Translations under genes and position numbers: made by a program
In this document: one piece after another, positions 48,943-62,999 of the stretch
How the letters are laid out: the number at the start of each line of letters is the position of its first letter
Position numbering within the stretch: position 1 is the first letter of the stretch
NCBI GenBank assembly: GCA_964016885.1
Contig: OZ024740.1
Span: forward strand, 208,010,001-208,074,000
Length of the DNA stretch: 64,000 bases
Direction of reading: 5' to 3'
Source of the DNA: Eledone cirrhosa
Lineage: Eukaryota
Notes under the pieces: model-generated
What the model was told of the DNA's origin: nothing
Databases searched by the model: none
The model's input: the letters and a program-made list of their open reading frames with translations, nothing else

Positions 48943-49073
48943 GTATTCATATACATTATAAATATGCATATTATTAACATGTCAAATCTTTCAGAAGCAT
49001 TTGGGGAAATATAGAATTCTAAAGAAAAATGATATCTCGGTTTTGTGTTTATGGAAATTGAAGAAAGTGAAAT

Positions 49074-49128
<55 letters not shown>

Positions 49129-49171
49129 ATATATATATGTATATATGTGTGTATGTATGTATGCATGTATG

Positions 49172-49227
<56 letters not shown>

Positions 49228-49895
49228 CATATATATATATAAGTATAGATAGATAGATAGTTAAGTAGAGGGAGAGAGTGAGATAGGTTGGGGGTATGTA
49301 GGTAGATAGTTTGTCATTAGATGGGTATATATAGATATATATGGGAAGGTAAGTAGGTAGGTATAATACTACTATATAAATATATATAAGCAATGTTGCC
49401 ATCAGGTCTGTCTTAATAAATGTGGTTTGCGTGTTCTCGATGATTAAATCGTGAATTCAAAAGGGAGGTGACATCAAAATAATGTTTCGAAATATAAGTG
49501 ATTTTATTTGTGTGTGAGTCTATGTTTGTAAATATATATACATATATATGTGTGTGTATGTGTGTGTGTGTGTTTATGTATGTGTGTGTGCGCGTGTGCG
49601 TGTGTGTGTGCGAGTGCGTGTGTGTGTGTGTGCGTGTGTGTGTGTTTGTGCATGTATGTATCTATTTATATGTATATATATATATATATGGATGTATGTA
49701 TTATATTTATAGGTATATATGTATGTATGTACGTATATATACATATATATATCTATATATATATATTACACATATATTTACACATACATACACACACACA
49801 ACACAATCATTTATATTTCGATGCATTTTGATTTTACCTCCCTTCTGAATTCAAAAATGTGTGTATATGTTTATGTATATATATATATATATATA

Positions 49896-49926
<31 letters not shown>

Positions 49927-50182
49927 CATATATATAGTTTATTAATCAAATTCTGTATGGAAATAATAAAAATTAAAAACAAATCACAAAAATTCTTGGC
50001 ATAATACAAAAGATTGAGAGTTGAGTATATATATGTATGTGTATATATATATTATATATATATGTGTGTGTGCCTCTGTGTGTGTGTGTACATTCACTAT
50101 GCCTAAGTAGTGAGACTCGTTACTCTCGTGTATCACCTGCGTACTCGCACTCTCTACACATATATAAAGAGAAGGAGACTAC

Positions 50183-50260
<78 letters not shown>

Positions 50261-50467
50261 GCGTGTGCGTGTGTGTGTGTGTGTGTGCATGTGTGTGCAT
50301 GTATGTATGTATTCGTGTGTGTGTTTGGTTAACTTCTCTCTCTTTTCTCTCAGTGTTTAAAATTATGCCAAGATTTTTATGTGATTTAATTTTTTTTATT
50401 TCTCTACAGCATTCTATTAATAAACTTTTTTTTATATTTGTATAGCACACAAGAATATGATTTTATA

Positions 50468-50680
50468 TCAAATTGGTAAGTGTGGTACTTATATCTCTTT
50501 TAATATCTGTGTGGCCCACCAGACTATGGTCTCTTACTAAATTGGTAAGTATGGTGCCTGTGCCTCAGGATATGGTCTGTTAAGGTCTGTTAATAAATTG
50601 GTAAATGGGGTTCTGGTGTCTCATTTTATATTTGTACGGCACACAAAAATATATATTACTAAATTGGTAAGCGAGATTGT
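50468..50680. repeat. Degenerate 57-68-bp tandem repeat
   Basis: aaattggtaa(g) recurs near 50470, 50538, 50595 and 50661. Confidence 0.6.
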
Positions 50681-51929
50681 CATGCCTCCTTTTCTATTTC
50701 TATTCCATTAGTGACGACGTGATTGAATTGACCATGTTTTTTGGTCACAAATATTATTAAACATCAATTTTTTCAGCATGACATGCAATATAATAAAATT
50801 GGGTTGCTATATTCCATACAAAGAACATTGGAGAAGCTAATAGTAATACATACTTACTGAGAAAAAATAAATATACTATTAACCAGTGACTAATATAATT
50901 TCCTTATTGTCCAACTAAGCAGGAGTGACAACCTAGGGGATGTTTCGCCCTGTTCTGACCCTCACCAGCGAAGTTTAGTTTCCCTGTATTTGATGAGGTA
51001 GTCATGAGGGACGAGGACATTTTATACCGACCGTCTTCAGGAATTTGAATTCCTTAAAATGAAATCAACAGTTACAAACCACACCAAATTTAGCCCTCAA
51101 TGTAAGTGCACATATGTACGCTTGGAATAGCTTGACAACCCCTTATTCTTCCAATAATGTACTTCCAATAATCCTGGCCATTAAAAGTAAAAATAACTGC
51201 CTTTATTTTACATAAATTTAGCACATAGTGTTTGTAAGTTCTAGTAAAATGTGATATAATTAAGGAATGTCATTCTCTAAGACGGATATATATATGTCGC
51301 CACTTGACAACCCCTACCTCCTCTACTACGCCTACCAGCCCAGAAGCTGGCATCGAGTGTCATTCAGGAACCGTCTGCTATCGGTATTACACCAAATGAG
51401 CAGACTGTCCCCGAATCGAATTTTCTGTTTTCTATCTTCTATTTGTTTTTTCTATCTCCTATCTTCTATTCTATGTTTGGGTTCAACGTAACCCTGTTAC
51501 ATATTTCTGCAAACAACACCTGATGAAATCGCTTAGTCTTGCACCAAAATCGGCTGACAGAGCTAGGTGATCAAAATATTTATAGTGCTTTTGCAGAATT
51601 AAAATTCTATAGTAAATTTTCCAGTCCGGCCTTCTGTTGTTTTAATAAATACTTTACTCCATTCATGCCCCAGCAACTGGATACCACACCTACGATGGAT
51701 GATTTACATTACATTGAGTGCATTAATTAATTTGTTGCTTCATCGTTTACCAACCCAAACCATCGGTTCTACCCATTGGTAAACAGCCTAATATAAATGA
51801 TATATATATATTTATGTGTGTGTGTGTGTAAGAGATTTCAACATGAATGGACCTGTTATTTTTATCTGCAGACATTTTTTTCCAATTCCAACACGTCCGT
51901 CCCCTCAATCTCTCATATTTCTCATTCTT

Positions 51930-51965
51930 TCTTCTGATGAAGGGTTAGCGTCCGAAACGTTAAGA
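51930..51965 (+). ncRNA. Minimal type I hammerhead
   Basis: ucuu-CUGAUGA-agg[guuagcgu]cc-GAAA-CG-UU-aaga, with palindromic AACGUU. Confidence 0.75.
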
Positions 51966-52062
51966 CCATCTTCCTGCTATATCAAGCGCTAACCTAATAT
52001 ATCCCTTCCATATACTGTACCGTTTGTGTTGTTATTTCTGTTTACCTTTTACATATATATGT

Positions 52063-52118
<56 letters not shown>

Positions 52119-52119
<1 letters not shown>

Positions 52120-52337
52120 CAGATAAAAGTTTAAGCAAAGAATCGCTGCTTTCACCCTTAACGGGATCTTCTGAAACTAAAAAAATCAATCTGTGAACGC
52201 AGAAGTAAATATTTCGAAATACGTTGCAACCGAAGGAAGACAGGAAGACGATACTACGGTTCTTATATATTTGATATATATTTATCTTTATCGAGCCCTC
52301 TTTGGATTTTAGACTTCAAATTTATTATTATTACTAT
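52119..52337. mobile_element. Second copy of the 43.2-43.9 kb family, rearranged
   Basis: 52119-52255 matches 43343-43479. About 52254-52337 is the reverse complement of about 43240-43322. Confidence 0.8.
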
Positions 52338-52556
52338 ATATATATATATGAAAAAATGGCGTGCTGCGTGGTTGCAAATGGGTTACATATGAATAAAATT
52401 AGTCCTTCAGCAGTGATCTTCCAGCCTTCATTGGTATTTCATCGCTTTAAAGATCATATACCTCTGGTTGGTGCGAGCAACGGCTAAAGAAAGTCGTTGG
52501 GACACGTAAATAGGGGGGAACGAGCGAGACAGTAAACAAATGTATATATATACATA

Positions 52557-52661
<105 letters not shown>

Positions 52662-53404
52662 TGAAGTTTCCGTTGAAAATAGAAAAAATCATAGGAGTGA
52701 AGAGTGCTCTATGTAAGTACCAGAGCAAAATTTAATGTATAAAAATCAATACAAAATAATTACCTCATTACCCATTACCAAAGGTTTCCCGAATAAGACG
52801 AATACGAAAGAGACGTCTTCATTCGTTCGTCGGACGAGGCAATATAAAACATAGATAAATATTTTGAAAGTCTCCTCAAGAAATGCAAGAAAACTTATAT
52901 ATATATAGATGAAGGTAATACAATAGATATATAAAATATAAAATATATAAAAAGATATTTTAAGAAATATATTTAGGTGTGTGTATATGCATGTATATAC
53001 ACTCACAGATATACATATGTATGTATGTACAAATGCGTGTGTGTAGTGAAAATGTGTGCTTAAATATATGTATATATGTAACGATAGACACACATGATAT
53101 GAGTGTCTGTTTGACAGGTATACAGAGAAAACAGAGTGTTAGATACATTATAAGAATATGAAGGTAAGCGTATAAACACACACGCTAGCGCGTACACTCA
53201 TATGCGGAAGAAAAAGAGGTAAGGGAATGTAATAGTAAAAAGAAAGTATCAATCTCGATATAATTATAAAAATGGAACAATAAATTTGCAAAGTAAAGAA
53301 AAGAAAACAAACAAGGTACACGCGTACATACATACATATATCTAAAAGAAACATATATCTATAAAAAATATATATATATATACACACATATATATATATA
53401 TATA

Positions 53405-54080
53405 TATCGCTCCAACGTGAGGTATATGATTTTTAATGCGATGAAATACCCATGATCGTTTGGTAAATCACTGATGAGGGACTCATTTTATAACATGTTG
53501 GCCATGTGCAACCAGCAGTATTCTTCTCACCCATATTTTTCATATATTTACCCAAACTGCAATTCTGTGTTTCTCTCTTTCTCTCTTACTGCTCACTCGT
53601 TCTCTCTGTTTCTCGTACTTTCTTTCGTCCCCTCTGCCATGTCAGTTAACACTTTCTCTCTACTGACCTCTTCCTCGCACTCCCACTCACTCAGTCCCTG
53701 TTTCTCCCCTTCTTTCTTCCTCCCGTTCGCTGTGAAAATGGTTTTCCTTCTTTCTAACACCGGATTCACTAGCGAAAGGTCTGTTTCTGACTCGCGCATA
53801 TATTCACACAGCTTATGCTGAAAGAATAACTATGTTGCTTGTGTTTATTTCCATCTTCGGTTAGCTTCCCCCTGTGTTGTTTACTTGTCTCACTCGCTTT
53901 ACGCGTTTCTATTGTCCTAATAACTTATTTTAGTTATTATCGCTCCAACGTGAGGTATATGATTTTTAATGCGATGAAATACCCATGATCGTTTGGTAAA
54001 TCACTGATGAGGGACTCATTTTATAACATGTTATCCATGTGCAACCAGCAGTATTCTTCTCACCCATATTTTTCATATAT
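53405..54080. repeat. 533-bp unit with 143-bp terminal direct repeats, inside (TA)n
   Basis: 53405-53547 matches 53938-54080 (2 mismatches seen). Confidence 0.88.
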
Positions 54081-54304
54081 ATATATATATATATATAAAT
54101 GTTAGTACATCATTAACGAAGCTTTAGTTTGCGGCCAAGCTAACGAATGCAAATTCGGTATCTAGCTTTAACACTCGATAGGGAATAGTACCCCAGAGTA
54201 ATAACAATACGTTTAGACAGCTTTGGAAATCAAATATAGCGATCGGCAGTCCAGCCGCATTGCCACAGCAACGAAAATGGTTGCACTCAGGAAAAGATTT
54301 TATA

Positions 54305-54335
<31 letters not shown>

Positions 54336-54877
54336 GTCTATATAAACACATGCATACATACTGAAAGTGTTGCTAGAAGGTAATTTAAACATCGTGTAAT
54401 AAAAATATACTGTGGAGATGTCATAAATTCTGAGTAGACACATATTTATGCCATAATAAAGTTATGACATAACATCATTCATTTTGTACGGCCAGTTAGC
54501 TTTCAATCTTTTCAACAAATATGCTAGCGTATTTTCAACAAATATGCTAGCTTCCAGCTGCCTTTTTCTATTTACGTACGTAATTATCTTCTCTTGTTTA
54601 TCATCTCAAAATTTATTTCACATTTTAACCTATCTTCTCCAAAATGTCTGAATATACGTAGTTATGGGGATAATATCCAAAACTGCGACACTTGATGATC
54701 ATTGTTGTTGTATTTGTTTAACACAAGTTCAACTTAAGATACCGATAACTGATGTACAGATGTAAAATTAACCTGATATGACTACGTCTTTGTTATTTCT
54801 TTATTGGTCGAGGACAGATATATTTCGCCTAAATAAGGAATCACTGTATTTATTCTCTTGATCTCTAAGTAGGGAGA

Positions 54878-54990
54878 TTTCTTCTTCTTCTTCTTCTTCT
54901 TCTTCTTCTTCTTCTTCTTCTTCTTCTTCTTCTTCTTCGCCCATTTATTCCTAAGAAGGTTGCAGAGGCGGAGTCCTCAAACACTCCTTC
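54878..54990 (-). mobile_element. RTE 3' tip with (GAA)n tail
   Basis: cgcccatttattcc...gcagaggcggagtcctcaa is homologous to 40917-40960 and adjoins (TTC)n. Confidence 0.6.
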
Positions 54991-55952
54991 GCGCCAGCTA
55001 CCGATCTGGTACTTTGTCAAACCCGCGAAGACTATGCTTATTTAGAGGCGGCCTTTACTCGTATCCTCGTAACTAGTATATTACCTGGTTGTGAGAGTTT
55101 TCTTGGGAGCCGTAGGTGTCACCCATTGTTCCATCTCCCCTAGTAGTTTACTGCTGTTGGTCTGGGGTTGCTTATTCGTCCGGCAGTTGCTCGCTTATAT
55201 CGCAATAAGTCATCATATCTGGTGACCATATCGCTACCCGCTACCTGCAACCCGTTCTCTAGCAGAACAGCTCTGTAGAGATAGACAATAACCAAACTAG
55301 AGACCCCCCCCCTCCTGCTCCATATATACACACCAGAGTTTTGAACTCAATATTTCATGACACAAAACTATATATTGTAAGATAGAGTGAAAGTAACGAC
55401 TTTGTTACCCTCACAATAAAACTGCGAGAGAACTCTATAGAAGTTTCTAGGAGTGACCAATGTTTAAATCAGACTTATTTGAACGTGATGAAATGAAATT
55501 AATGAAATGGAAATTACCGTTGTATGCTTAGTCATTTCTCAATTATAATTTGACATGTTAATGGTGATTTTGTATGTAGGCATGATGTCTGCGGTGTGTA
55601 AGGAGAAGCAACGACGCTGAAATATGACGTGCAGGATTTCTCAGAGAACATTGTGACAAAACAATAATTTACAACATGAATTTCTAAAAGGGAGAAGGCG
55701 AGTGAGATTGTAATATCTCAGATAAAAATCATTAGTGTTTATTTTCACATCTCTGCAATTGTAGTTCAGGTTCTATCGAGAACCACTTAGTATTTTATCT
55801 CCCAAGAGTCCAAAGAATAGTCGTCAGTAATCTACTATCGATACCGACTCCATTAATAGAAACACAATATCAATGTTATATCACAATTCGGAGTAACTAA
55901 TAAATGTATACGTCATAGACACACGCTTATGTACAGTATATCTATGTATGTA

Positions 55953-56032
<80 letters not shown>

Positions 56033-56190
56033 TATTATATATTACATTATATATTACATTATAATATATTATATCATATTATATATATTATATTATTTAT
56101 TTATGTTCCGTATATGAACATAAATACTAATTCTGCTCTCTTCCCAATTAAGCACTCTTCTCCTTTTCCTTTTGACACATACGGATATTG

Positions 56191-56336
<146 letters not shown>

Positions 56337-56915
56337 GAAAGGTATAGAAAATATTGTAGCAAAAAGCCAACAGTATTCCATAATATATATAAGTGACTAT
56401 AGCGTCAAAATGGAAAAAATAGTTAACGTAAGATGTGGGAAAAATAATTCAAACTGAACTCAAAAAGAATCAGGATATAGATTCATCCAACAGAATTTAG
56501 TGAAATCCAGGGAAAAAATCAATAGAGCCTTAACTCATGATAAAATAAAGTTTAAAATACTCATCCTTCAATTTGGAAAAACTTCAAATGCTCTGTATAG
56601 TCTTGAAGACTATATATATATAAAATATATATATATATATAAAATAATTAAGTCAAATATGTAAAATTTGGCTGTGACCTCTTCATTGATGTGGAAAAGA
56701 CAGGTACACATGTTGTTGAAGTGTGTTTTACTCCGTCAATACATCGATATGTCCAGCTCCTGGTTGTGTTGTTATTCCTCTAAGGAACTGTAATCATATT
56801 TCACATGTTGACTTAATTATTTTACATTACTCCGGTCTAAAAAAAACCAACCTGAGTACTTCGTCGAGTGCTCCAATCTGCATACTGAGGTGTCGGTAAA
56901 CAACCAGCATATACT

Positions 56916-56964
<49 letters not shown>

Positions 56965-57136
56965 AAGAGTGAAGAATAACATGGTCGGCTGTACAAAAAG
57001 GATCTTATTTACAGTAAACTGGCTACCTAACTAAGGAAACTTCGTGAGTCAAACAACGCCGTACGTTAAAACTATCCATAGTACAGAGTACTCACAACCT
57101 CTAACTGGGGATTACCTAAAACGATAACTTGTTATC

Positions 57137-57203
<67 letters not shown>

Positions 57204-57207
<4 letters not shown>

Positions 57208-57440
57208 TTCACCATACCGAGAACAAATGTTTCACCTTATTCGGATCTTCAGCTCGGTCTAAATGAAGTTGAATGATTGTTTTACATTTTCGTACGATTG
57301 TTTTTCCTTTTCCATACAGCTTCATTAAGACCGAGCTGACGATCCGAATAAGGTGAAATATTTGTTCTCTGTGTGGTGAACTAACTGTTGTGGACTGAGT
57401 GCTCTATTACTACGGATATAACACTCCAGTGCTCTACTAT
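57204..57440. mobile_element. F4 element: fold-back with opposed hammerheads
   Basis: 57204-57268 is the approximate reverse complement of 57318-57384. HHRs at 57216-57258 (-) and 57330-57372 (+). The tail ggactgagtgctcta..actacggatat is shared with about 14324-14368. Confidence 0.85.
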
Positions 57441-57445
57441 AATAT

Positions 57446-57478
<33 letters not shown>

Positions 57479-57543
57479 GTATTCCGTGGATAGTTGGTTG
57501 TATTATTTTATATGAGATATAATTAAATAAATCTCTCTTTCTT

Positions 57544-57589
57544 TCCATACGATCGTTTCGTTATAAGATTTCTATAACTCATCAGCGGA
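57544..57589 (-). ncRNA. Minimal type I hammerhead
   Basis: uccg-CUGAUGA-guuaua[gaaaucu]uauaac-GAAA-CGAUCG-UA-ugga. The host island has an inverted end copy (57474-57499 vs 58271-58296). Confidence 0.88.
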
Positions 57590-57848
57590 TGCCCAGGCAA
57601 TATCAATATAAATAACTACATGGATATTAATATTCAGTGATGTTCTCCGTCAGTGCTAGAAGGACCGCTAAGTTTGAAAGCCCAGTAGTCCTTCAAAAAG
57701 AAATTTCACACTGTCGCCAAATAGGAAGGGGAGGTCATCGTAAAACATAAAATATTATACACGTAGGTCATCGATGCCTGTTAGGCATTCTAACCACGTG
57801 TTTAAGAACTCAATTGGATATTAAAAAAATAAATTTATGTATGTACCA

Positions 57849-58130
57849 GTGAAGGCGCATGGCTTAGTGGTTAGAGCATTGGGCTTACAATCGAAAGGTT
57901 GTGAGTTCAATTCTCGGACCGGGTGATGTGTTGTTTCCTTGAGCAAGACACTTTATTTCCCGTTGCTCCAATTTACTCAGCTATAGAAATGAGTACCAGC
58001 CTCCCCGCCCAGCCAGTGGGATGGCGTTATCTTATGGCTAAAACAGCACGACGTGCTGTGACCAGCGGCGCCGATTGGCGCCCGACAGACTGGTCGGTCA
58101 ATGTGATCAACGTGATGTACCATCTATACA
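57849..58130 (+). mobile_element. SINE family B inserted in the HHR island
   Basis: gcgcatggcttagtggttagagc...gagttcaattctc...ccttgagcaagacactttatttc. Confidence 0.85.
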
Positions 58131-58410
58131 CACACAGAGATATTAAAAAAATAATAAATATATGTAAGCACTATTTATATATACATAGAGGTATTTTCTC
58201 AGGCAAAATAACAGATACAGGAAAAGGCAATCAATATTTCATATAAAGATAGTCATACCTAAATATCTGGAACCAACTATCCACGGAATACTATATAGTT
58301 AGCACCCCAAACACATAATTGGGATTATACTCAGGTATATCCTAATCTTTGTTGAGTGAGATGGAATTTGTCAGAGTATCGCTAAAATATATATATATGT
58401 GTGAGTGTGT

Positions 58411-58456
<46 letters not shown>

Positions 58457-58604
58457 TCCCGAAACTCCTAACAGAGTTGTAGGGGCGACGTATTGACATA
58501 CGACGTTTCTTGGGCATTTTAAGCCTGGCAGATTACAGCAGATTTCTTCCAGAGAAAGATAGAAAGTGAGAGGGAGAGGAAATGAGAAAGAGATATAGAG
58601 GAAG

Positions 58605-58681
58605 AATCGACCCCACTACTAGACTGGTACTATTTTTATCGACCTCGAAAGGATGAAAGGCAAAGTTGACCTTGGCGGGAT
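58605..58681 (-). mobile_element. SINE family A fragment
   Basis: ttttatcgacctcgaaaggatgaaaggcaaagttgaccttggcggga. Confidence 0.8.
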
Positions 58682-58684
58682 ACA

Positions 58685-58749
<65 letters not shown>

Positions 58750-59126
58750 GCGTGTGTGTGTGTGTGTGTGTGTGCGCGTTGATAATACTAGTTGAACTTG
58801 ATAGCTTCCTGTCGAAAGTCAGTGCTCTCCATCTCAATAGCTTGACAACAGAAGAATATACTGACCCCATCACACAGCACTTACTCTAAAGTCCTCCTCC
58901 ACTAATTTGAAGTTGTGGTCAAGCGATTGAGATGTAGGGAATTAGCCCTCAACGGGAAACTATTAAACTCAGCTATTATTTTCAACCTGATGTCTAGAAA
59001 GTACCCACCGAAGGAAAATGAATTCGTTGCTTTGAAGCTGATCTTAATCTAGTTGCTAACATCTTTCTGCAAGCACTCCAACTCCTTTGAGAATAAACTG
59101 AGTAGAGACATAAAAAACACCAGATC

Positions 59127-59197
<71 letters not shown>

Positions 59198-59201
<4 letters not shown>

Positions 59202-59390
59202 AAAAGAATCGGGACCCCGACGGCTGAGCTCCGGCCGTTTCGACAGCTAGTTCAGACCTAACTGTCGAAACGGCCGGAGCTCAGCCGTTGGGGTCCTGAC
59301 TCTTTTCCTATTACCCACTCTACTACCTAGTATCGAGTACTTTGGTGCATTATGGTCCACCTGGTTACTTACCACACTTCCTTCGTTATG
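59198..59390. repeat. GC-rich fold-back island (about 49-bp arms, 59198-59310) in (TA)n
   Basis: taggaaaaga..ggacccc.acggctgagctccggccgtttcgacag / ctgtcgaaacggccggagctcagccgt.ggggtcc..tcttttccta. A related hairpin lies at 25066-25157. Confidence 0.85.
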
Positions 59391-60329
59391 TATATATATA
59401 TATATAAGTGTGTGTCTGTGTATGGGTATGCGTGTTGAAAGAGGGGGATATAGTGTTGTTGTTTTTCACCTTTTCCGTGGTCAGTATCGAACTGCTTGAA
59501 GCAGATATCGAGCAAGATTTGCAGACGACTTTTAATCTCAATTCACTAATTATGTTTGTACCCTGGACAATTCATTAAAATTATAATGATGTAAATCTTA
59601 ATTAATTTTAATCTATTCCAACTATCTCAATCAAATTTCGACTGCAGCTGTAAATTAGTTTCCCAAAATGTCTGTTTTATACATCGTTTAATTGAGAAAG
59701 GTCAACTATAGGTCCTACAGTTGTTCACGTTCACTAAACAGAGGAGCCTGATTAAAGTTTGTATGTTTAAATAATATAAATACCTATCATGATGTTTTCA
59801 GGAATCTCATAGTCGTTTAATAATTAATTAAATTACTATTTTAATGAAAAGAGAAATTATAGGCTCACAGATTGATGTTAATTAAATATGGTCAAGATAA
59901 AATGTTAACAATTCTAAAACGAAATACCAACTGTATCTTTGCTCTTGGATGTCATGCAAAAGTCACAGCCAGGGATTTTTTACCTCACATCATTACAAAA
60001 TTTAGATATGTACTGTGGGTGAATTAGTCAACTATAAATTCCCCTCTCTAAAAATTGGTTACTTTGTATATATGTTAACCATTAGCTGTGGCTTTTGTTG
60101 TCTGGCACCAAGTCATCTCTGATCCAAGACACATTATAATCAATGACATTCCACCCATGACAAACCCGTGTCTGAGCCCACATTCTCAAATGCGTGTCGA
60201 CTTGTTCAAGAGAGTGGAGTGTGATTCGAAAGATATTGAGCCGTTAATTTTAACAGGTTGATCAATAAAATAGTTGCTCACTCGGTAGTTCTTCAATCAT
60301 TAGTTATAAAATGAGGCAACAACTGGATC

Positions 60330-60630
60330 TTACTGTGAGCCGTTATTGAGAGCCAATGCTGTATACCGTTAATGGGAACCGTTATTGAGCCATCATTGTG
60401 AACCCTTAGTTTGAACTATTACTTTGAGCCGTTACTGTGGACTTTTACTCTGAGCCATTGCTTTGAGCCGTTATTGTGACCCATTGTTGTGATCCGTTAT
60501 TGTGAACCATTGCTGTGAGACGTTACTCTGAGCTATTATTCTGATCTATTACTCTGGGCCGTTACTCTAAGCTATTTCTCTAAGCTATTACTGCATGTTT
60601 TTTCTGTGAGCTGTTACTGTTAACCGTTAA
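60330..60630. repeat. Degenerate 13-bp minisatellite
   Basis: Units resemble ttactgtgagccg / ttactctgagcca. Confidence 0.7.
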
Positions 60631-61615
60631 TATGAATCGAAGAAACTAACAATTATGTCTTCTATGCAAAAACACTAGAAATGCTTTTAGGTTTGTTTTT
60701 AAAATGCTGACTTACTTTCATCTTTTATTGATTCTTTATTTCTTTGATTATCGATTAGATAAGTGTATTGGTTGCATTTCCGTTTCTTCGATAGACATTT
60801 CCAATAACTGGGTATGACTATTGTCGGGTATTGTTGGTTCGTGTATTTGACGGTTGTTAAATGTTTTCACTTTTCACACTACTTTTTATATGTAGCAACT
60901 TTATATAAGTTCTCTAGAGCTATATGACGCATTAGATGCACAAACATCGATGATAGATATGATATGTAAACAGTGTTCCCACATCTTCACTGATGATGAC
61001 TTAGAGAAAAGTGTATGGAGGGTAGGTGAAATGATAGTCAGTGACAATTACTTTGTGCTGTTTTTTGCATTGGTCTACTGTGTAGATAATATCCTCATCG
61101 TAGCTTTTAAAATGTCAAAATGTTACATAAAATATTTATCCGTCTAGTTTTCGTTAGCAATCTGTCTAAATATCTTTCTATGCCTATCTATCTAGCTGTC
61201 TGTTTATCTATCTATTTATTTATCTATCTATCTATAGTGTGTTTGTATTCGTATGGTGCATGGCATATGAGTTACCCACGATCGTAAGGTCATGATTTCG
61301 ATTCCCAGCTGATTAAGACAACTCAGTTGACAAAAATGTGTCATACATATGAGCCAAAGGGTCAACCTTGTCACAGAGTTTGTCACGCTGAATCTCCCTG
61401 AGAATAACGTCAAGTGTATGTGAAATGCTCAGCCTCTTGCAAATTTAATTCCACAAGCAGCTTGTTCTGATGTTCAATCGACTAGAATCAACGATCTAAC
61501 AACATCTACGTATTTATGTATTTGATGTTGAAATATATATATTTGTGTGGGTGGATGAGTGAGTTTGCTCGTGTATGTATTCGTCTCTATATCTATATAT
61601 TTAATCTTAATTATA

Positions 61616-61957
61616 CGAGGGTCGTCTAAAACGTTCATACGTTGACCAAGATACTCACATGGAATAACCAAATGAGGTTTATTATTCAACATAGTCCCTA
61701 GAAAGAAACATTACAGTTATTGATAAGAAAAGTTGAAATTAATGCAAGCGAGATTTCACAGCTCTTGTATCACTGCTTCATAGATTGACCAAGATACTCT
61801 CAAGGAATGATCAAATGAGGTTTATTTTACAACATAGTCCTTGGAAAGAAACAATGCAGTTTTTAATAAGAAGAGTTGAAATTTAATGCATGCAATATTT
61901 CACAACCCTAGCATCCCTCCTTCATATACAGCCTATGAACTTTTCAGCCCATCCTCG
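61616..61957. mobile_element. Mariner-derived MITE with internal duplication of about 144 bp
   Basis: TIRs ta|cgaggg.cgtctaaaacgttcatac / ctatgaacttttcagcccatcctcg. ttgaccaagatactc...aaatgaggtttatt occurs twice. Confidence 0.7.
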
Positions 61958-62385
61958 TTTATTTCTCGCAAAAAAATGACACCAGGGGTGATTTTTATGT
62001 CCAGTTATATAAAGCTAAACGTAATATATTAATTTTCTCCTTCAAAGAAACTCATCTGAATATTTCTAGTTTCTGAGAAACATGTCAAAGAAAGAAAGAG
62101 AAATATAGCCATATTAAACGGAATATCTTTTAATGTTATCGATTTGTAGCATGGCCAGAGGGTGAGACATTTATTGAGGTTCGTTGTAATCTGTTTAGTC
62201 AATGGCATTGCGTGACTGGCACTTATTTTACTGGCTATGAAGGGATGGAAGATTCTGTATTTCATTCCTCCAAATCTCGAAATACTTAGAACATACTGTC
62301 TTTTCAACACACTTTATCTGTATGTCTCTCCTATATATGTACACGCATATTGATATCAATCTAGCTATCTAGCTATCTATCTATC

Positions 62386-62515
<130 letters not shown>

Positions 62516-62548
62516 TACATACATATATATATACATATATATATATAT

Positions 62549-62635
<87 letters not shown>

Positions 62636-62674
62636 GTTATATATACATATATATAATCATACATACATATATAT

Positions 62675-62995
62675 AATTGTTTCTACTTTTGGCACAAGGC
62701 CAGCAATTATCACAGAGTATTACTGATACTTTATTTTATCGACCCCGTAAGGTTGAAAGGCAAAGTCAACCTCGGCGGGATTTGAACTCAGACCATAAAG
62801 GGCCGTAACTCTTTCCTATAAAGCATGGCGTCCGACCCGCTACGATACTACCAATCCACATGGCTTCTTATATAGGCACAAGGCCAGCAGTTTTCGGGGG
62901 AGGGGATATTCGATTAAATCGACCCCGTAAAGATGAAAGACAAAGTTAATCTCGGCGGGATTTGAACTCAGACCATAAAGGGCTGTAACTCTTTA
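62675..62995 (-). mobile_element. Two tandem SINE family A copies
   Basis: Cores at about 62735-62790 and 62920-62970. Confidence 0.85.
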
Positions 62996-62999
62996 TTGG

